DNA of 64,000 bases from Candidatus Omnitrophota bacterium (GCA_021735655.1 JAIPGM010000003.1:160001-224000), one strand, 5' to 3'; shown: positions 8,639-17,887, counted from the stretch's first letter. Numbers and translations are program-made. The notes: generated from the sequence alone by a model not told the origin.

Positions 8639-10075
8639 GTGGTAAATATAAATTATGGTTCTTTTTTTAATTTTTTTCTTTTTATTTTTTTTGCCTTAGG
8701 TATCATAGTTAGCGCATTTTTTCCATCATTCTTGACCTCCCTTTGTTGTTTTTTTGTTGTAAGTTTTTTTAGCTATTTTTTTTATCGGAGAAATCGACGG
8801 TTTCTTTCTGATATCTTAATTTTGGTTATCTTTTTTGTTCTTGGAGGTATTTGGTATCTGGCTAATTCGCATCATCAACCGGAATCCCTTTTAAATAAAG
8901 ATAAGCGATTTGTTCTTAAGGTAATATCTTTACCTAAAAATACAAAATTGCGCAGTAGTTTCGCTGCCGAGATAGATCAAGCAGACGGTCATCCCTTTAG
9001 ACAAACTTTAAGAGTTTATGATTATACGAAGTCTTTGGAATACTTAAATAGTTATGAGGTTTTGGGTAAGTTAACCAGAAGGAGCTATCATGATCGCTGG
9101 TTTTATTATCTTTGGATAAAGTCTAAAGCTAGGATAAATGAGCTTTCTTTGAATCCCTGGGACAAGTTTGTTAAAGGGACTAGCCTGTATATTCTTGATA
9201 TTTTTAGAAAGAATTCTACGGATCAGGCTTATCGGTTTCTGGCAGCGGTATTTTTAGGAAGAAGGGAGTTGCTGGGTGGCGAGCGTGAATTTTTCTCTCG
9301 GGCTGGAGCATCACATCTTTTGGCGATAAGTGGATTGCATGTTGGTCTTACCGCTTTAATTTTGTTTTCTTTCTTGGGATTCTTCGGCCTTTCTTTTAGG
9401 CTCCGTTTAGGAATTTCTTTAGTTTTTCTTTATCTTTATACTTTTTTGACCGGGGTCAGTCCGTCAACTTTACGGGCGGTTATTATGTACTCGGTATTTG
9501 CTTTTAGTTTTTTCTTAAAACGAAGACCACACTCTTTCAATTCTTTAGGTTTGGCCGGACTAATTTGTTTGTTAATAGATCCGGCAATGCTTTTTACAAT
9601 TGGCTTTCAACTATCTTTTATGGCAGTTTTTGCCATCCTTGTTGGTTATCGAATTTTTCCGGTTAAGTTAGTTGGCAGTCGAGCTCTGGTTTACTCTGGG
9701 CAGATTTTCTTTTGCTCTTTGTTTGTAAATGTATTTGTCACACCGTTAACCGCTTATTATTTCGGCAATATTAATACTTTGGGGATAGTCTATAATATTG
9801 TTTTGATTCCTTTTTTTACTTTTATTCTTACGATAAACTTCTTTTTAATTATATTGGCTCCAGTAAGTTTTATTGCTCAAAATTTAGGGGCTTTACTTTC
9901 ATTTCTTATTTTGATTTTTGTTTATTTGGTCCGGTTTTTAGGTTCTTTTAGCTTTTCTTATTTTAGCTGGCAATTTTCTCTAACCGGCGTGTTTGGCTAC
10001 TATTTTGTTCTGGCCGGGATTCTTGTGTTTTTCAAGCTCAAGAGTAGTCTCAAGCTCCAAAGTCCAGATAGTTAA
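8639..10075 (+). CDS. comEC: ComEC/Rec2 DNA-internalization channel protein (no metallo-beta-lactamase domain)
   Basis: 478 aa polytopic membrane protein. Competence-domain signature HLLAISGLHVG. GTG start at 8639; an alternative ATG is at 8654. Confidence 0.75.
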   Translation: MVNINYGSFFNFFLFIFFALGIIVSAFFPSFLTSLCCFFVVSFFSYFFYRRNRRFLSDILILVIFFVLGGIWYLANSHHQPESLLNKDKRFVLKVISLPKNTKLRSSFAAEIDQADGHPFRQTLRVYDYTKSLEYLNSYEVLGKLTRRSYHDRWFYYLWIKSKARINELSLNPWDKFVKGTSLYILDIFRKNSTDQAYRFLAAVFLGRRELLGGEREFFSRAGASHLLAISGLHVGLTALILFSFLGFFGLSFRLRLGISLVFLYLYTFLTGVSPSTLRAVIMYSVFAFSFFLKRRPHSFNSLGLAGLICLLIDPAMLFTIGFQLSFMAVFAILVGYRIFPVKLVGSRALVYSGQIFFCSLFVNVFVTPLTAYYFGNINTLGIVYNIVLIPFFTFILTINFFLIILAPVSFIAQNLGALLSFLILIFVYLVRFLGSFSFSYFSWQFSLTGVFGYYFVLAGILVFFKLKSSLKLQSPDS

Positions 10076-10090
10076 GGGTTGATTAATGGT

Positions 10091-10119
10091 TTGACAAGAA
10101 TAGCCTCCTTTGATATAGT
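10091..10119 (+). promoter_or_regulatory. Sigma70 consensus-like promoter immediately upstream of the BamD-like gene
   Basis: TTGACA (10091-10096), 17-nt spacer, TATAGT (10114-10119). The predicted transcription start is about 2-3 nt before the ATG at 10129 and there is no SD sequence, so the mRNA may be leaderless. Confidence 0.5.
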
Positions 10120-10128
10120 TTTTTATCA

Positions 10129-12114
10129 ATGAAGAAGGCCATTTTTCTTTTAATTCTACTTACCTTTTCTTGGTCGGTTTACCCTTTTTGGGTTTGGTCT
10201 CCTAAGACTCAGAAGTGGAAGAACCCTAAATATTCAGCCCTTTCCACTCCTTACCTTCAGTATAAAGCAGCTTTAAAGATTTTTGAAGAAGGACGCTACA
10301 AGGAAGCCCATAAGGAATTTAAGAAATTCTTAGCTCACTATCCTGATGCTAAAGAAGCGGCTGAAAGCCAATATTACCTGGGTAGATGCCTTGAGAAGTT
10401 TGATAAGTCTTATGAGGCCTTTTTAGTTTATCAAAAACTAATCGATTCTTATCCTAATAGCCAGCGGATTAACGAAGTAATTGAGAGGGAGTACAATATT
10501 GGTGAGTCCTTTTTGAATCGTGAACATAAGAAATGGCTGGGTTTGTCATTGTATGATTTTGTAGAGCATCCTTCGATATTAATTTTTAATAGTTTGGTCA
10601 ATAAGGCTCCTTATTCAGAATATGCGCCGCGAGCTCAATATAAGCTGGGGATCATTCTTTTTGAATTAGGCCGGTTTGACGAAGCTCGAGATGCTTTTCA
10701 GAAGGTAGTTGATAATTATTCTGATACTGAATGGGCTCCTCCGGCAAAGTATCAATTAGCTATAGCGACTTCGAAGGCCTTTCCGGGGGCCGACTATGAT
10801 TCTTCTTACTTACAGGAGGCTACTGCCAGGCTTGATGAGTTTATTAAAGAACATCCTGAAGCTAAGATTTCCGATCAGGCTGAGGATCAACTGAAGATTT
10901 TAAGGAACCGAGAAGCTAAAAAGAACTTTGAGATAGCTCAATTTTATGAAAATCAGGATCAATATGAAAGTGCGGTGATTTATTATCGTAAAGTCCTTGA
11001 TGAGTATATTGATAGTGATTATTATGATAGTTCTTTAGAGAAGGTTCAGGAGTTGAATCAGTTAATCGAAGGAAACTTGACTAAGAAAGATTTAATCTTA
11101 AGCCATAAAAAAGAAGCAGCTCAAACTAAGAAGGCAGAGAAGATTAGGGCAAAGGATAGAAAAAAGGACAACAAACAGGAGCTTCGACAGAATAAAATAG
11201 ATACAAAAAAGAGAATTCGACAGGAAGCAAAGATATCCAAAGAGCTTCGTCGTAAGGAAAAGCTTGCGCTTAAGTCTGAGGCCAGAGCTAAAAAAGAAAT
11301 AGCTAGGGCTAAGAAGTTAAGAGAGAAGCAGGATCGGGCACAGGAGAAGAAGAACCGTGCCAAAGAGAGACGCGAGGAAAAACTTGCCCGAAAGAATGAG
11401 GCTAAGGCGAAAAAACAGGCCCTAAGAGCTAAAGAGTTAAAAAAGAGGGAAGCTCCGACACAGGGAAAAAAAGAGTTGGTTGAAGAAAAAAGTAAGGAAA
11501 AGTTTGTTGAATTAGAATCGGCTAAAGCCAAGAAGGTACCTTTAAAGAGTCCAAAGCTAAAAAAGAAACAAGATCAGCGAGAACGAAAGCAGGCTCTTCT
11601 TGCCGAGAAGCGACAAAGAAAAATTGAGCGTAAAGCTCAAAAAAGAGCTAAAAAAGAATTTACTCGAATTAAAAAGTTAAAGAAAAAAGAAGAGCTTATC
11701 CAGAAAAAGAAAGATTCAATTGCAGCTAAGCAAAAAGCAAAGCTTGATCGGAGCAACGAAGCTAAAGCGAGGAAGGAAGCAGCCAGAGAAGAGAAACTAA
11801 GACAGAAAGCAGAACGCTTAAAAGATAAACAAGCTCTTATTGAAAAAAAGCGAGCCGAAAAATTAGCTCGTCGAATTGAAGCTAAAGTTAGAAAAGAGGC
11901 GATTAGGGAAAAGAAGTTAAAGGCCAAGCAGGAATGTATTCAAAAAGCAAAGCAGATTAAAGCCCAAAAGCGTCAAGAGAAGCTAATTAAAAAACAAAAA
12001 GCTAAAGCTAAAAAAATGGCACTTAAGGAAAAAAAGCGTAAAGAAAAATTAGCTAAAGAAAGTCGGACTGAGCCTAAAGTAGAAGCTCAAGATAAGGAGA
12101 CAGAAAATGATTAA
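10129..12114 (+). CDS. BamD(YfiO)-like TPR protein fused to a long K/E/R/A-rich charged repeat tail
   Basis: 661 aa. Signal peptide with no lipobox Cys. Residues ~40-320 are BamD-like TPR, including a SYPNSQR match to the BamD GYPNSQY motif. Residues ~320-661 are ~24-aa charged repeats (EKLARKNEAKAKKQALRAKELKK and similar), resembling TolA domain II. Confidence 0.6.
   Translation: MKKAIFLLILLTFSWSVYPFWVWSPKTQKWKNPKYSALSTPYLQYKAALKIFEEGRYKEAHKEFKKFLAHYPDAKEAAESQYYLGRCLEKFDKSYEAFLVYQKLIDSYPNSQRINEVIEREYNIGESFLNREHKKWLGLSLYDFVEHPSILIFNSLVNKAPYSEYAPRAQYKLGIILFELGRFDEARDAFQKVVDNYSDTEWAPPAKYQLAIATSKAFPGADYDSSYLQEATARLDEFIKEHPEAKISDQAEDQLKILRNREAKKNFEIAQFYENQDQYESAVIYYRKVLDEYIDSDYYDSSLEKVQELNQLIEGNLTKKDLILSHKKEAAQTKKAEKIRAKDRKKDNKQELRQNKIDTKKRIRQEAKISKELRRKEKLALKSEARAKKEIARAKKLREKQDRAQEKKNRAKERREEKLARKNEAKAKKQALRAKELKKREAPTQGKKELVEEKSKEKFVELESAKAKKVPLKSPKLKKKQDQRERKQALLAEKRQRKIERKAQKRAKKEFTRIKKLKKKEELIQKKKDSIAAKQKAKLDRSNEAKARKEAAREEKLRQKAERLKDKQALIEKKRAEKLARRIEAKVRKEAIREKKLKAKQECIQKAKQIKAQKRQEKLIKKQKAKAKKMALKEKKRKEKLAKESRTEPKVEAQDKETEND
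11100..12110 (+). repeat. In-frame coding tandem repeats (~72-nt units encoding K/E/R/A-rich helix)
   Basis: Recurrent gaaaaacttgcccgaaagaatgaggctaaggcgaaaaaa-type units at the nucleotide level. The antisense frames read as the low-complexity track ORFs 11121..11531 and 11637..11927. Confidence 0.7.
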
Positions 12115-12622
12115 ATTATTAATTCTAGCTGTATTTTTTTTAAGTTCTGGATGCGGTTATACTACTCGAGGTTCTATTTATGCCGGGAAAAAAATAATGG
12201 TTCGGCCGGTAATTAATACCATTGATGTAACTTCTCTGAGTGAAAGAACATCGGGGTATGTTAATTTTCCTATTTTGATTGAAAATAAATTAACTAATGA
12301 GATAGTAAGTAAATTTAACAATGATGGCCAACTTAAGGTAGTCAGTCAGGATCAACAGGCGCTTACACTTACTTGTTCAGTGGATAGTTACACCAAACAG
12401 ACTTTGCGTTATGAAGAGGCTAATGATGGCGAGGTGAAGGAGCAACGCTTGAGGCTGCATACACACATCAAGCTTACCTCAGCCACAGGTGAAGTATTAA
12501 TTGAAGAAGATGTTGTTGGTGAGACCGAGTATCTTGTTTCCGGAAGTGAGACCACAGCCCAAATCGCTTTAGTAAGCGATACAGCGCGAAGAATTTCCGA
12601 AGCGGTTTTGGAGCAATGGTGA
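12107..12622 (+). CDS. Lipoprotein, LptE(RlpB)-like
   Basis: 171 aa. Lipobox LSSGCGY followed by TTRGS, compare LptE CGWHLRD. Overlaps the upstream stop by 8 nt, which suggests an operon. The lptE-holA adjacency is conserved in proteobacteria. Confidence 0.45.
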   Translation: MIKLLILAVFFLSSGCGYTTRGSIYAGKKIMVRPVINTIDVTSLSERTSGYVNFPILIENKLTNEIVSKFNNDGQLKVVSQDQQALTLTCSVDSYTKQTLRYEEANDGEVKEQRLRLHTHIKLTSATGEVLIEEDVVGETEYLVSGSETTAQIALVSDTARRISEAVLEQW

Positions 12623-12685
12623 TTCGTTAGTCTTTTTATGTCAAAGCACAAGAATTGCCCGCCTTTGTTTTGAGTCAATAAAATT

Positions 12686-13378
12686 ATGAAAGTTAGAGAA
12701 AGACTTTTTTTAATTTCCGGTGGTAACTTCGACCAGCGACAACGTACACTCAGTGGTATAAAGAAAAGGTTATTTAAGGAGAAGGATTCCCCTTTAGATA
12801 CTTTTACTTTTTATGGGAAAGAGGTAGAGTTGAAGGGTTTAAATGACAAGCTGCTCACTGCTTCCTTTGGTCAGCGGAGGATGATTATTTTTAGAAATTT
12901 TCATCAGTTGGCATCTCCGGTGAGAAAGTTTATTTTTAAAAATATAAAGAGGATTCTTCTTGCGAATTATGTTGTTTTTGACAGCGATAAGGAGTATTAT
13001 CAGCTACAAAGAGATAAACGGTTTATGTCAGATAGTTTATTTACCTTGGCTATAAAGCAAGCTGCGGTATATAAGGTTAGTCCGGTAAAAAAAGATTTTT
13101 CGTTTCAGGATTTAATGAGTAGCTTGCGAAAGAATGATTTAAATAGTTCGCTTTATATTATTGAGAGTCTTTTTCGTTCCGGTAGCAACGCACACATGCT
13201 GGGCCCGCAAATCATTGGTGTATTGGTTCATAAATGTTCCGGTTTTAGTAATCCGCGGAGAGAGATTTGTCTAGAATATTTATGGGAGGCTGACCGAGCG
13301 CTTAAAGAAAAAGGAGTTGATAGTCGTCTGGCTATTGAAACTCTGTTAGTGAAGATATTTACCCCTTCAGCTGGTTGA
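12686..13378 (+). CDS. holA: DNA polymerase III delta subunit-like protein (short)
   Basis: 230 aa. The central segment (FSFQDLMSSLRKNDLNSSLYIIESLFRSG) resembles HolA domain III. Synteny fits both the proteobacterial (lptE-holA) and Firmicute (comEC-holA-rpsT) arrangements. Confidence 0.45.
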   Translation: MKVRERLFLISGGNFDQRQRTLSGIKKRLFKEKDSPLDTFTFYGKEVELKGLNDKLLTASFGQRRMIIFRNFHQLASPVRKFIFKNIKRILLANYVVFDSDKEYYQLQRDKRFMSDSLFTLAIKQAAVYKVSPVKKDFSFQDLMSSLRKNDLNSSLYIIESLFRSGSNAHMLGPQIIGVLVHKCSGFSNPRREICLEYLWEADRALKEKGVDSRLAIETLLVKIFTPSAG

Positions 13379-13669
13379 GGATTTTTTCTTAGCTGAAGTT
13401 GTTTTTTTAGTCGAAGGATTGACGAGCTTTGATAGACGTGATTTCTTATTGGCTGCCTTGTTTTTGTGAATAACATTACTTGAAACAGCCTTATCCAAAA
13501 GCTTGCATATTTTTTCTAGTGCTTTGGCGCGTGCTTTTGAGTCTTTTTCTTCAAGGCTTTTTTTAAGCGTTTTTAAGGCAACCCTAATGTTACGCTTTAC
13601 AGCAAGGTTCCGATGGTAGCGTTTTTTGCTTTGTCGTAAATCCTTTTTTGCAGCTCTTCTTTGTGGCAT
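13367..13669 (-). CDS. rpsT: 30S ribosomal protein S20 with a basic C-terminal extension
   Basis: MPQRRAAKKDLRQSKKRYHRNLAVKRNIRVALKTL matches the bS20 N-terminus. AAGGAG RBS. Its 3' end overlaps holA by 12 nt in convergent orientation. Confidence 0.85.
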   Translation of the reverse strand: MPQRRAAKKDLRQSKKRYHRNLAVKRNIRVALKTLKKSLEEKDSKARAKALEKICKLLDKAVSSNVIHKNKAANKKSRLSKLVNPSTKKTTSAKKKSSTS

Positions 13670-13693
13670 ATTTTCTCCTTAGTATTAGGAAGG

Positions 13694-13722
13694 ATTCTAT
13701 AAGAATACTTATGGACTGTCAA
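13694..13722 (-). promoter_or_regulatory. Sigma70 consensus promoter for rpsT
   Basis: Minus strand TTGACA (13722-13717), 17-nt spacer, TAGAAT (13699-13694). It lies in the divergent rpsT/murJ intergenic region. Confidence 0.55.
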
Positions 13723-13741
13723 GACTTTTTTTAGACTAGCT

Positions 13742-15277
13742 ATGCGTAGTAAAATTATTAAAAATACTTATATTTTAGGAACGGGAACTTTGATTTCTCG
13801 TATTTTAGGCTTTGTTCGGGATATCTTGATAGCTAGCTTTTTTGGAACTTCTGGATTGCTTGAGGCCTTTCTTGTCTCTTTTCGTCTACCGAATATATTT
13901 AGGAGTGTATTTGCTGAGGGTTTTTCAGATTCGGTAGCGACTCCGGTGTTGAGTGAATATCAAGAGGATCATCAGCAGATTTTTAAGCTGGGGAACCATT
14001 TACTTTCATTGTTTTGTGTTATTTTGCTTATTTGCACCATTCTTGGTATCATTTTTGCTAAATTTTTAGTCATGCTGATTGCTCCTGGCTTCATTAGCCA
14101 AGTTTTCAAATTTAATCTGGCTGTATCGTTTACTAGAATTACTTTTATCTATCTTTTTTTGATCGGCCTATCATCAGTAATGGTATCTGTTCTTTACTCA
14201 CTAAAGAAATTTTTTATCCCAGCAATTAACCCGATTTTTTTGAATATCTCGTTTATTTTAGGAATAGTTTTTTTTAGTCAATCTTTAAAAAATTATATTC
14301 TGATTATCTGCGTTATAGTTGCTGGAATTTTACAGTTGATATTTCCTTATTTTTCACTAAGAAGGCAAGGCTTTAGGTTCCGCTTTAGTTTCGCTGAGGC
14401 CTTGAAAAATGCGGCAGTCTTGCGAATGTTTAAGCTTTTTATTCCGCGAGCATGGTCGAGTATCGTTTATCATTTAAGTGTATTTATTGATACCATTTTT
14501 TCTTCATTGACAGTAATTGTTGGTTCGGGGGCTCTAGCCTCGGTTTATTACGCTAACCGGTTGATCCAATTTCCTTTTGCTATTATCGCTCTTTCAATAT
14601 CGCGGGTGGCAATCGTTGATCTTTCTTCTTATCATAGTCAGGGAAAATCCGAAGATTTCAAGGAACTTTTTGTTTTCTCTTTTCAGAACATCATTTTTTT
14701 TATTATACCGCTTTCAGTTATTTTTTTGTTTATTCCTGAAGCGATTATAAACATTATTTTTACTAGAGGGGCTTTTGACTCTTATTCATTGGCAATGACC
14801 TCTTCAGTCCTTTTTTTCTACTCTTTTGGATTATTTTTCTTTTGTGGTATCAAACTTTTGGTTAATTCGTTTTATTCTTTAAAGGATACTGTTCTGCCGG
14901 CGAAAACAGCTACTTTTTCACTTATCGTAAATGTAATCTTGAGTTCGATTCTTATGTTTCCTCTAAAGATTGGCGGTGTAGCCTTAGGCAGTAGTTTAGC
15001 GGCTATTTGTAATTTTTTCTTGTTGTATTATTTTTTTAAAAAAAGAATTGGTCCGATAGATTGGCAGGATACAAGATCTCAATTACTAAAGGTTTTGTCG
15101 CTTAGCCTAGTGGTCGGATTATTGGCGCGTTTTCTTTGGTATTATTCACCTTACAACAAGTATCTTAATGCTTTAGTGATAATCGTCGCTGTGGCGGTTG
15201 TTTTTTTTGGTGGTGGATACCTTGTTGGCTTAAGGCAGATTCGTCACCTAAAAGTATGGATATCCGCAAAAAAATAG
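13742..15277 (+). CDS. murJ: Lipid II flippase MurJ/MviN
   Basis: 511 aa, about 14 TM segments. N-terminus GTGTLISRILGFVRDILIASFFG is typical of MurJ. Confidence 0.85.
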   Translation: MRSKIIKNTYILGTGTLISRILGFVRDILIASFFGTSGLLEAFLVSFRLPNIFRSVFAEGFSDSVATPVLSEYQEDHQQIFKLGNHLLSLFCVILLICTILGIIFAKFLVMLIAPGFISQVFKFNLAVSFTRITFIYLFLIGLSSVMVSVLYSLKKFFIPAINPIFLNISFILGIVFFSQSLKNYILIICVIVAGILQLIFPYFSLRRQGFRFRFSFAEALKNAAVLRMFKLFIPRAWSSIVYHLSVFIDTIFSSLTVIVGSGALASVYYANRLIQFPFAIIALSISRVAIVDLSSYHSQGKSEDFKELFVFSFQNIIFFIIPLSVIFLFIPEAIINIIFTRGAFDSYSLAMTSSVLFFYSFGLFFFCGIKLLVNSFYSLKDTVLPAKTATFSLIVNVILSSILMFPLKIGGVALGSSLAAICNFFLLYYFFKKRIGPIDWQDTRSQLLKVLSLSLVVGLLARFLWYYSPYNKYLNALVIIVAVAVVFFGGGYLVGLRQIRHLKVWISAKK

Positions 15278-16473
15278 AGAAGTTGACTTTAGGTCCTGGT
15301 GTATATATTATGAAATCGGCCAACGGTGAAGTTTTCTATATCGGTAAAGCCTCTTCAATAAAAAAACGCATCATGAGTCATTTCTCTCGATCAGAATCTA
15401 AAAATAGTAATTTTCTTGGTGAGGTTTGTGATATTGAATGTATAGAATGCACAACCCCCGAGCAGGCATTAATTTTGGAGGCAGCCTTAATTAAAGAAAG
15501 AAAACCTAAATATAACATTGCTTTGCGTGATAACAAAAGCTATCCTTACGTAGCGGTTAGCAAAGATGATTTTCCGCGCATTTTTATCACTCGCCCTAAG
15601 ACAAAGTCGCCAGCAATTCTTTTTGGTCCTTATCCAGCGGCCAAAACCTTAAAGTCAGCTTTAGAGTCAATACGAAAAGTGTTTCCTTTTCGTTCTTGCT
15701 CAAGGTTACCTAAGACAGCTTGTCTTTTTTTTCATCTTAAACTTTGTTCGGCGCCCTGTGAAGGGAAGATTGTTTCTAGGGAGTACAAGGAAATCATTAG
15801 CAATGCTACAAAAATATTAAACGGTGAGCGAAGGCAGTTAACACAAAACTTAAAGGTAAAGATGAAGCGTTTAGCTGACAAGCAAAAGTTTGAACAAGCT
15901 GCCAAAATTAGAAATATTATTATAGCTATTGATAGTCTTTATGAGGGTAGGCCTAAAGCTCATGAAACAATTTCTTTAAAAGAGACTTTGGGCTTGGCTA
16001 AGCTCCCTTTATACTTAGAGGCTATTGATATATCTTCTTTGGGTGCTAGTGAGGCCACTGGTTCAGTAGTCGTCTTCAAGGATGGGTTGCCGGATAAAGG
16101 GAGCTATCGTCGTTTTCTAATAAGGGAAGTTAAGGGCAAGGATGACTATGCAATGATTGCTGAGGTAGTTAAGCGGCGTTACTCCAGATTAATAAGAGAA
16201 AAGAAGTCCTTACCGGATTTAGTTGTCATTGATGGAGGTAGGGGGCATGTAGGAATTGCCCAGAAGGTGTTTTCAAGCTTAGGTATTTCTATAGCCGTAA
16301 TCGGCATAGCTAAGAAAAATGAAGAGGTTTGGTTTGCCGACAGAAGAGTTTCTTTATCAATAGCTAAAGATCAGCCTTGTTTACATCTTCTACAGCGGAT
16401 AAGAGATGAGGCCCATAGATTTGCCCATAGCTATCAGCTTCATCGTAGAAAAGGAAAGGTTTTTAAGAAATGA
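15256..16473 (+). CDS. uvrC: UvrC-like excinuclease lacking the C-terminal (HhH)2 domain
   Basis: 405 aa. GIY-YIG domain (GPGVYIMKSANGEVFYIGKA), a Cys cluster, a UVR domain (KQKFEQAAKIRNII), and an RNase H-like 5'-incision domain (EAIDISSLGASEATGSVVVF). No HhH tail. Overlaps murJ by 22 nt. Confidence 0.65.
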   Translation: MDIRKKIEKLTLGPGVYIMKSANGEVFYIGKASSIKKRIMSHFSRSESKNSNFLGEVCDIECIECTTPEQALILEAALIKERKPKYNIALRDNKSYPYVAVSKDDFPRIFITRPKTKSPAILFGPYPAAKTLKSALESIRKVFPFRSCSRLPKTACLFFHLKLCSAPCEGKIVSREYKEIISNATKILNGERRQLTQNLKVKMKRLADKQKFEQAAKIRNIIIAIDSLYEGRPKAHETISLKETLGLAKLPLYLEAIDISSLGASEATGSVVVFKDGLPDKGSYRRFLIREVKGKDDYAMIAEVVKRRYSRLIREKKSLPDLVVIDGGRGHVGIAQKVFSSLGISIAVIGIAKKNEEVWFADRRVSLSIAKDQPCLHLLQRIRDEAHRFAHSYQLHRRKGKVFKK

Positions 16474-16739
16474 CTAATTTTGAGAAAAAGGTGTTACGGA
16501 TAGTTTCAAAGATACCTTTGGGCCAGGTGCGTAGCTATAAATGGGTAGCTATAAAGACCGGTCGCCCTAAGGCTTATCGGGCAGTAGCCAATGCTCTTAG
16601 GAAAAATCCTTATCCTTTGTTTGTTCCTTGTCATCGGGTAGTTAAATCATCGAATCAGGCCGGCGGGTATTCCTTGGGAAGCGACCTTAAGGTAAACTTA
16701 ATAAATTTAGAGAAAAAAATTAAAGATATGGTAAAATAA
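16470..16739 (+). CDS. Stand-alone MGMT (O6-alkylguanine-DNA alkyltransferase) DNA-binding domain protein with active-site Cys retained
   Basis: 89 aa. PCHRVV motif with the cysteine retained, plus the HTH of the Ogt C-terminal domain. The ATGA start overlaps the uvrC-like stop, so the two genes are translationally coupled. Confidence 0.7.
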   Translation: MTNFEKKVLRIVSKIPLGQVRSYKWVAIKTGRPKAYRAVANALRKNPYPLFVPCHRVVKSSNQAGGYSLGSDLKVNLINLEKKIKDMVK

Positions 16740-16810
16740 TAAATACAGATATGAGGAAAGACTAATTATTCAAATTGTAAAAATTAAAGATTTTACTTAG
16801 GAGGTAAAAG

Positions 16811-17887
16811 ATGGATTTTAAAAATATTTTAGAGTTGATGATTGAGAAAAGCGCTACCGATATTTTCTTGCGAGTAGGTAGTCCTTTACGTGGCAGGATT
16901 AATACTGAAGTTGAAGTCCTCAGGGAAGATAGATTTACTTTTGATGAAATTAAACAGATTATCGAAATGATTACTAGGGAGCGAGACCGGGAAAGGTTAG
17001 AGAAACACCGAGGTTGCGAATTTACTTATTGGTATCGAGAGTATTGGCGTTTTCGGGTCGGTATATTTTATCAACGAAACACTCCGGCCTTGGTCGTGCG
17101 TAAAATTGACTTAAGAATACCTTCATTTCTAGAACTTAATTTGCCTTCGGCGGTGTTAGAAAATTTCTGCACCGAGCGAAGAGGGTTGATTTTGCTTACC
17201 GGTATTACCGGAAGTGGTAAATCAACAACGATCGCCAGCATGATTCAATTTATCAATAATAACTATGGGCGTCATATACTCACGGTTGAGGAACCGGTCG
17301 AATTTACTTTTCAGGATGACAAATCAGTGGTTAATCAAAGGGAGATTGGAACTGATGTTGAGAGTTATCATGATGCTCTCAGGCAGTTTGCTTTACATTC
17401 ACCGGACGTTATGTATATTGGTAATATCCTTGATGCTGAAACATGTCATGCGGCACTCACTGCCGCTGAAACCGGAGTTTTGGTTTTGTCTACGCTTCAT
17501 ACGGTGAATGCTACTTCTACTATAGAGAGGATTGTGAACTTTTTCCATCCTCATCAGCATGCCTTTGTTATGAATCAGCTTTCTTTTCTGCTCAAAGGAG
17601 TTCTTTCTCAGCGCTTGATTCCTCGTGCTGACAATTTGGGAATGATTCCAGCCTATGAAGTTATGACTCTTAGCCCATCGGTATCCCGACTTATAAAGGA
17701 GAACAAAATTTGGGAAATTCCTAAATATATTGCTTCTGGTGAGCATTACGGAATGATGAGTTTTCAACAATGTTTGTTGAAATTTGTCGAGGAAGGAAAA
17801 GTAACTGCAGATCATGCCTTACAGTTTTCCGATACCCGCGAAGAGTTAGAGCTGCTAATGCGTAATAAGGGATTAATAAAGGATTAA
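16811..17887 (+). CDS. pilT: Type IV pilus retraction ATPase PilT/PilU family
   Basis: 358 aa. Walker A LLTGITGSGKSTT and a conserved Asp box / His box. GGAGG RBS. Confidence 0.8.
   Translation: MDFKNILELMIEKSATDIFLRVGSPLRGRINTEVEVLREDRFTFDEIKQIIEMITRERDRERLEKHRGCEFTYWYREYWRFRVGIFYQRNTPALVVRKIDLRIPSFLELNLPSAVLENFCTERRGLILLTGITGSGKSTTIASMIQFINNNYGRHILTVEEPVEFTFQDDKSVVNQREIGTDVESYHDALRQFALHSPDVMYIGNILDAETCHAALTAAETGVLVLSTLHTVNATSTIERIVNFFHPHQHAFVMNQLSFLLKGVLSQRLIPRADNLGMIPAYEVMTLSPSVSRLIKENKIWEIPKYIASGEHYGMMSFQQCLLKFVEEGKVTADHALQFSDTREELELLMRNKGLIKD

Noticed and set aside
11121-11927. Two minus-strand ORFs (136 and 96 aa) with S/F/L/A-rich low-complexity translations
   Set aside because: They are antisense frames of the K/E/R/A-rich coding repeat of the BamD-fusion gene, a compositional artefact.
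17265-17815. Overlapping ORFs within pilT on both strands
   Set aside because: Alternative-frame artefacts inside a well-supported ATPase gene.
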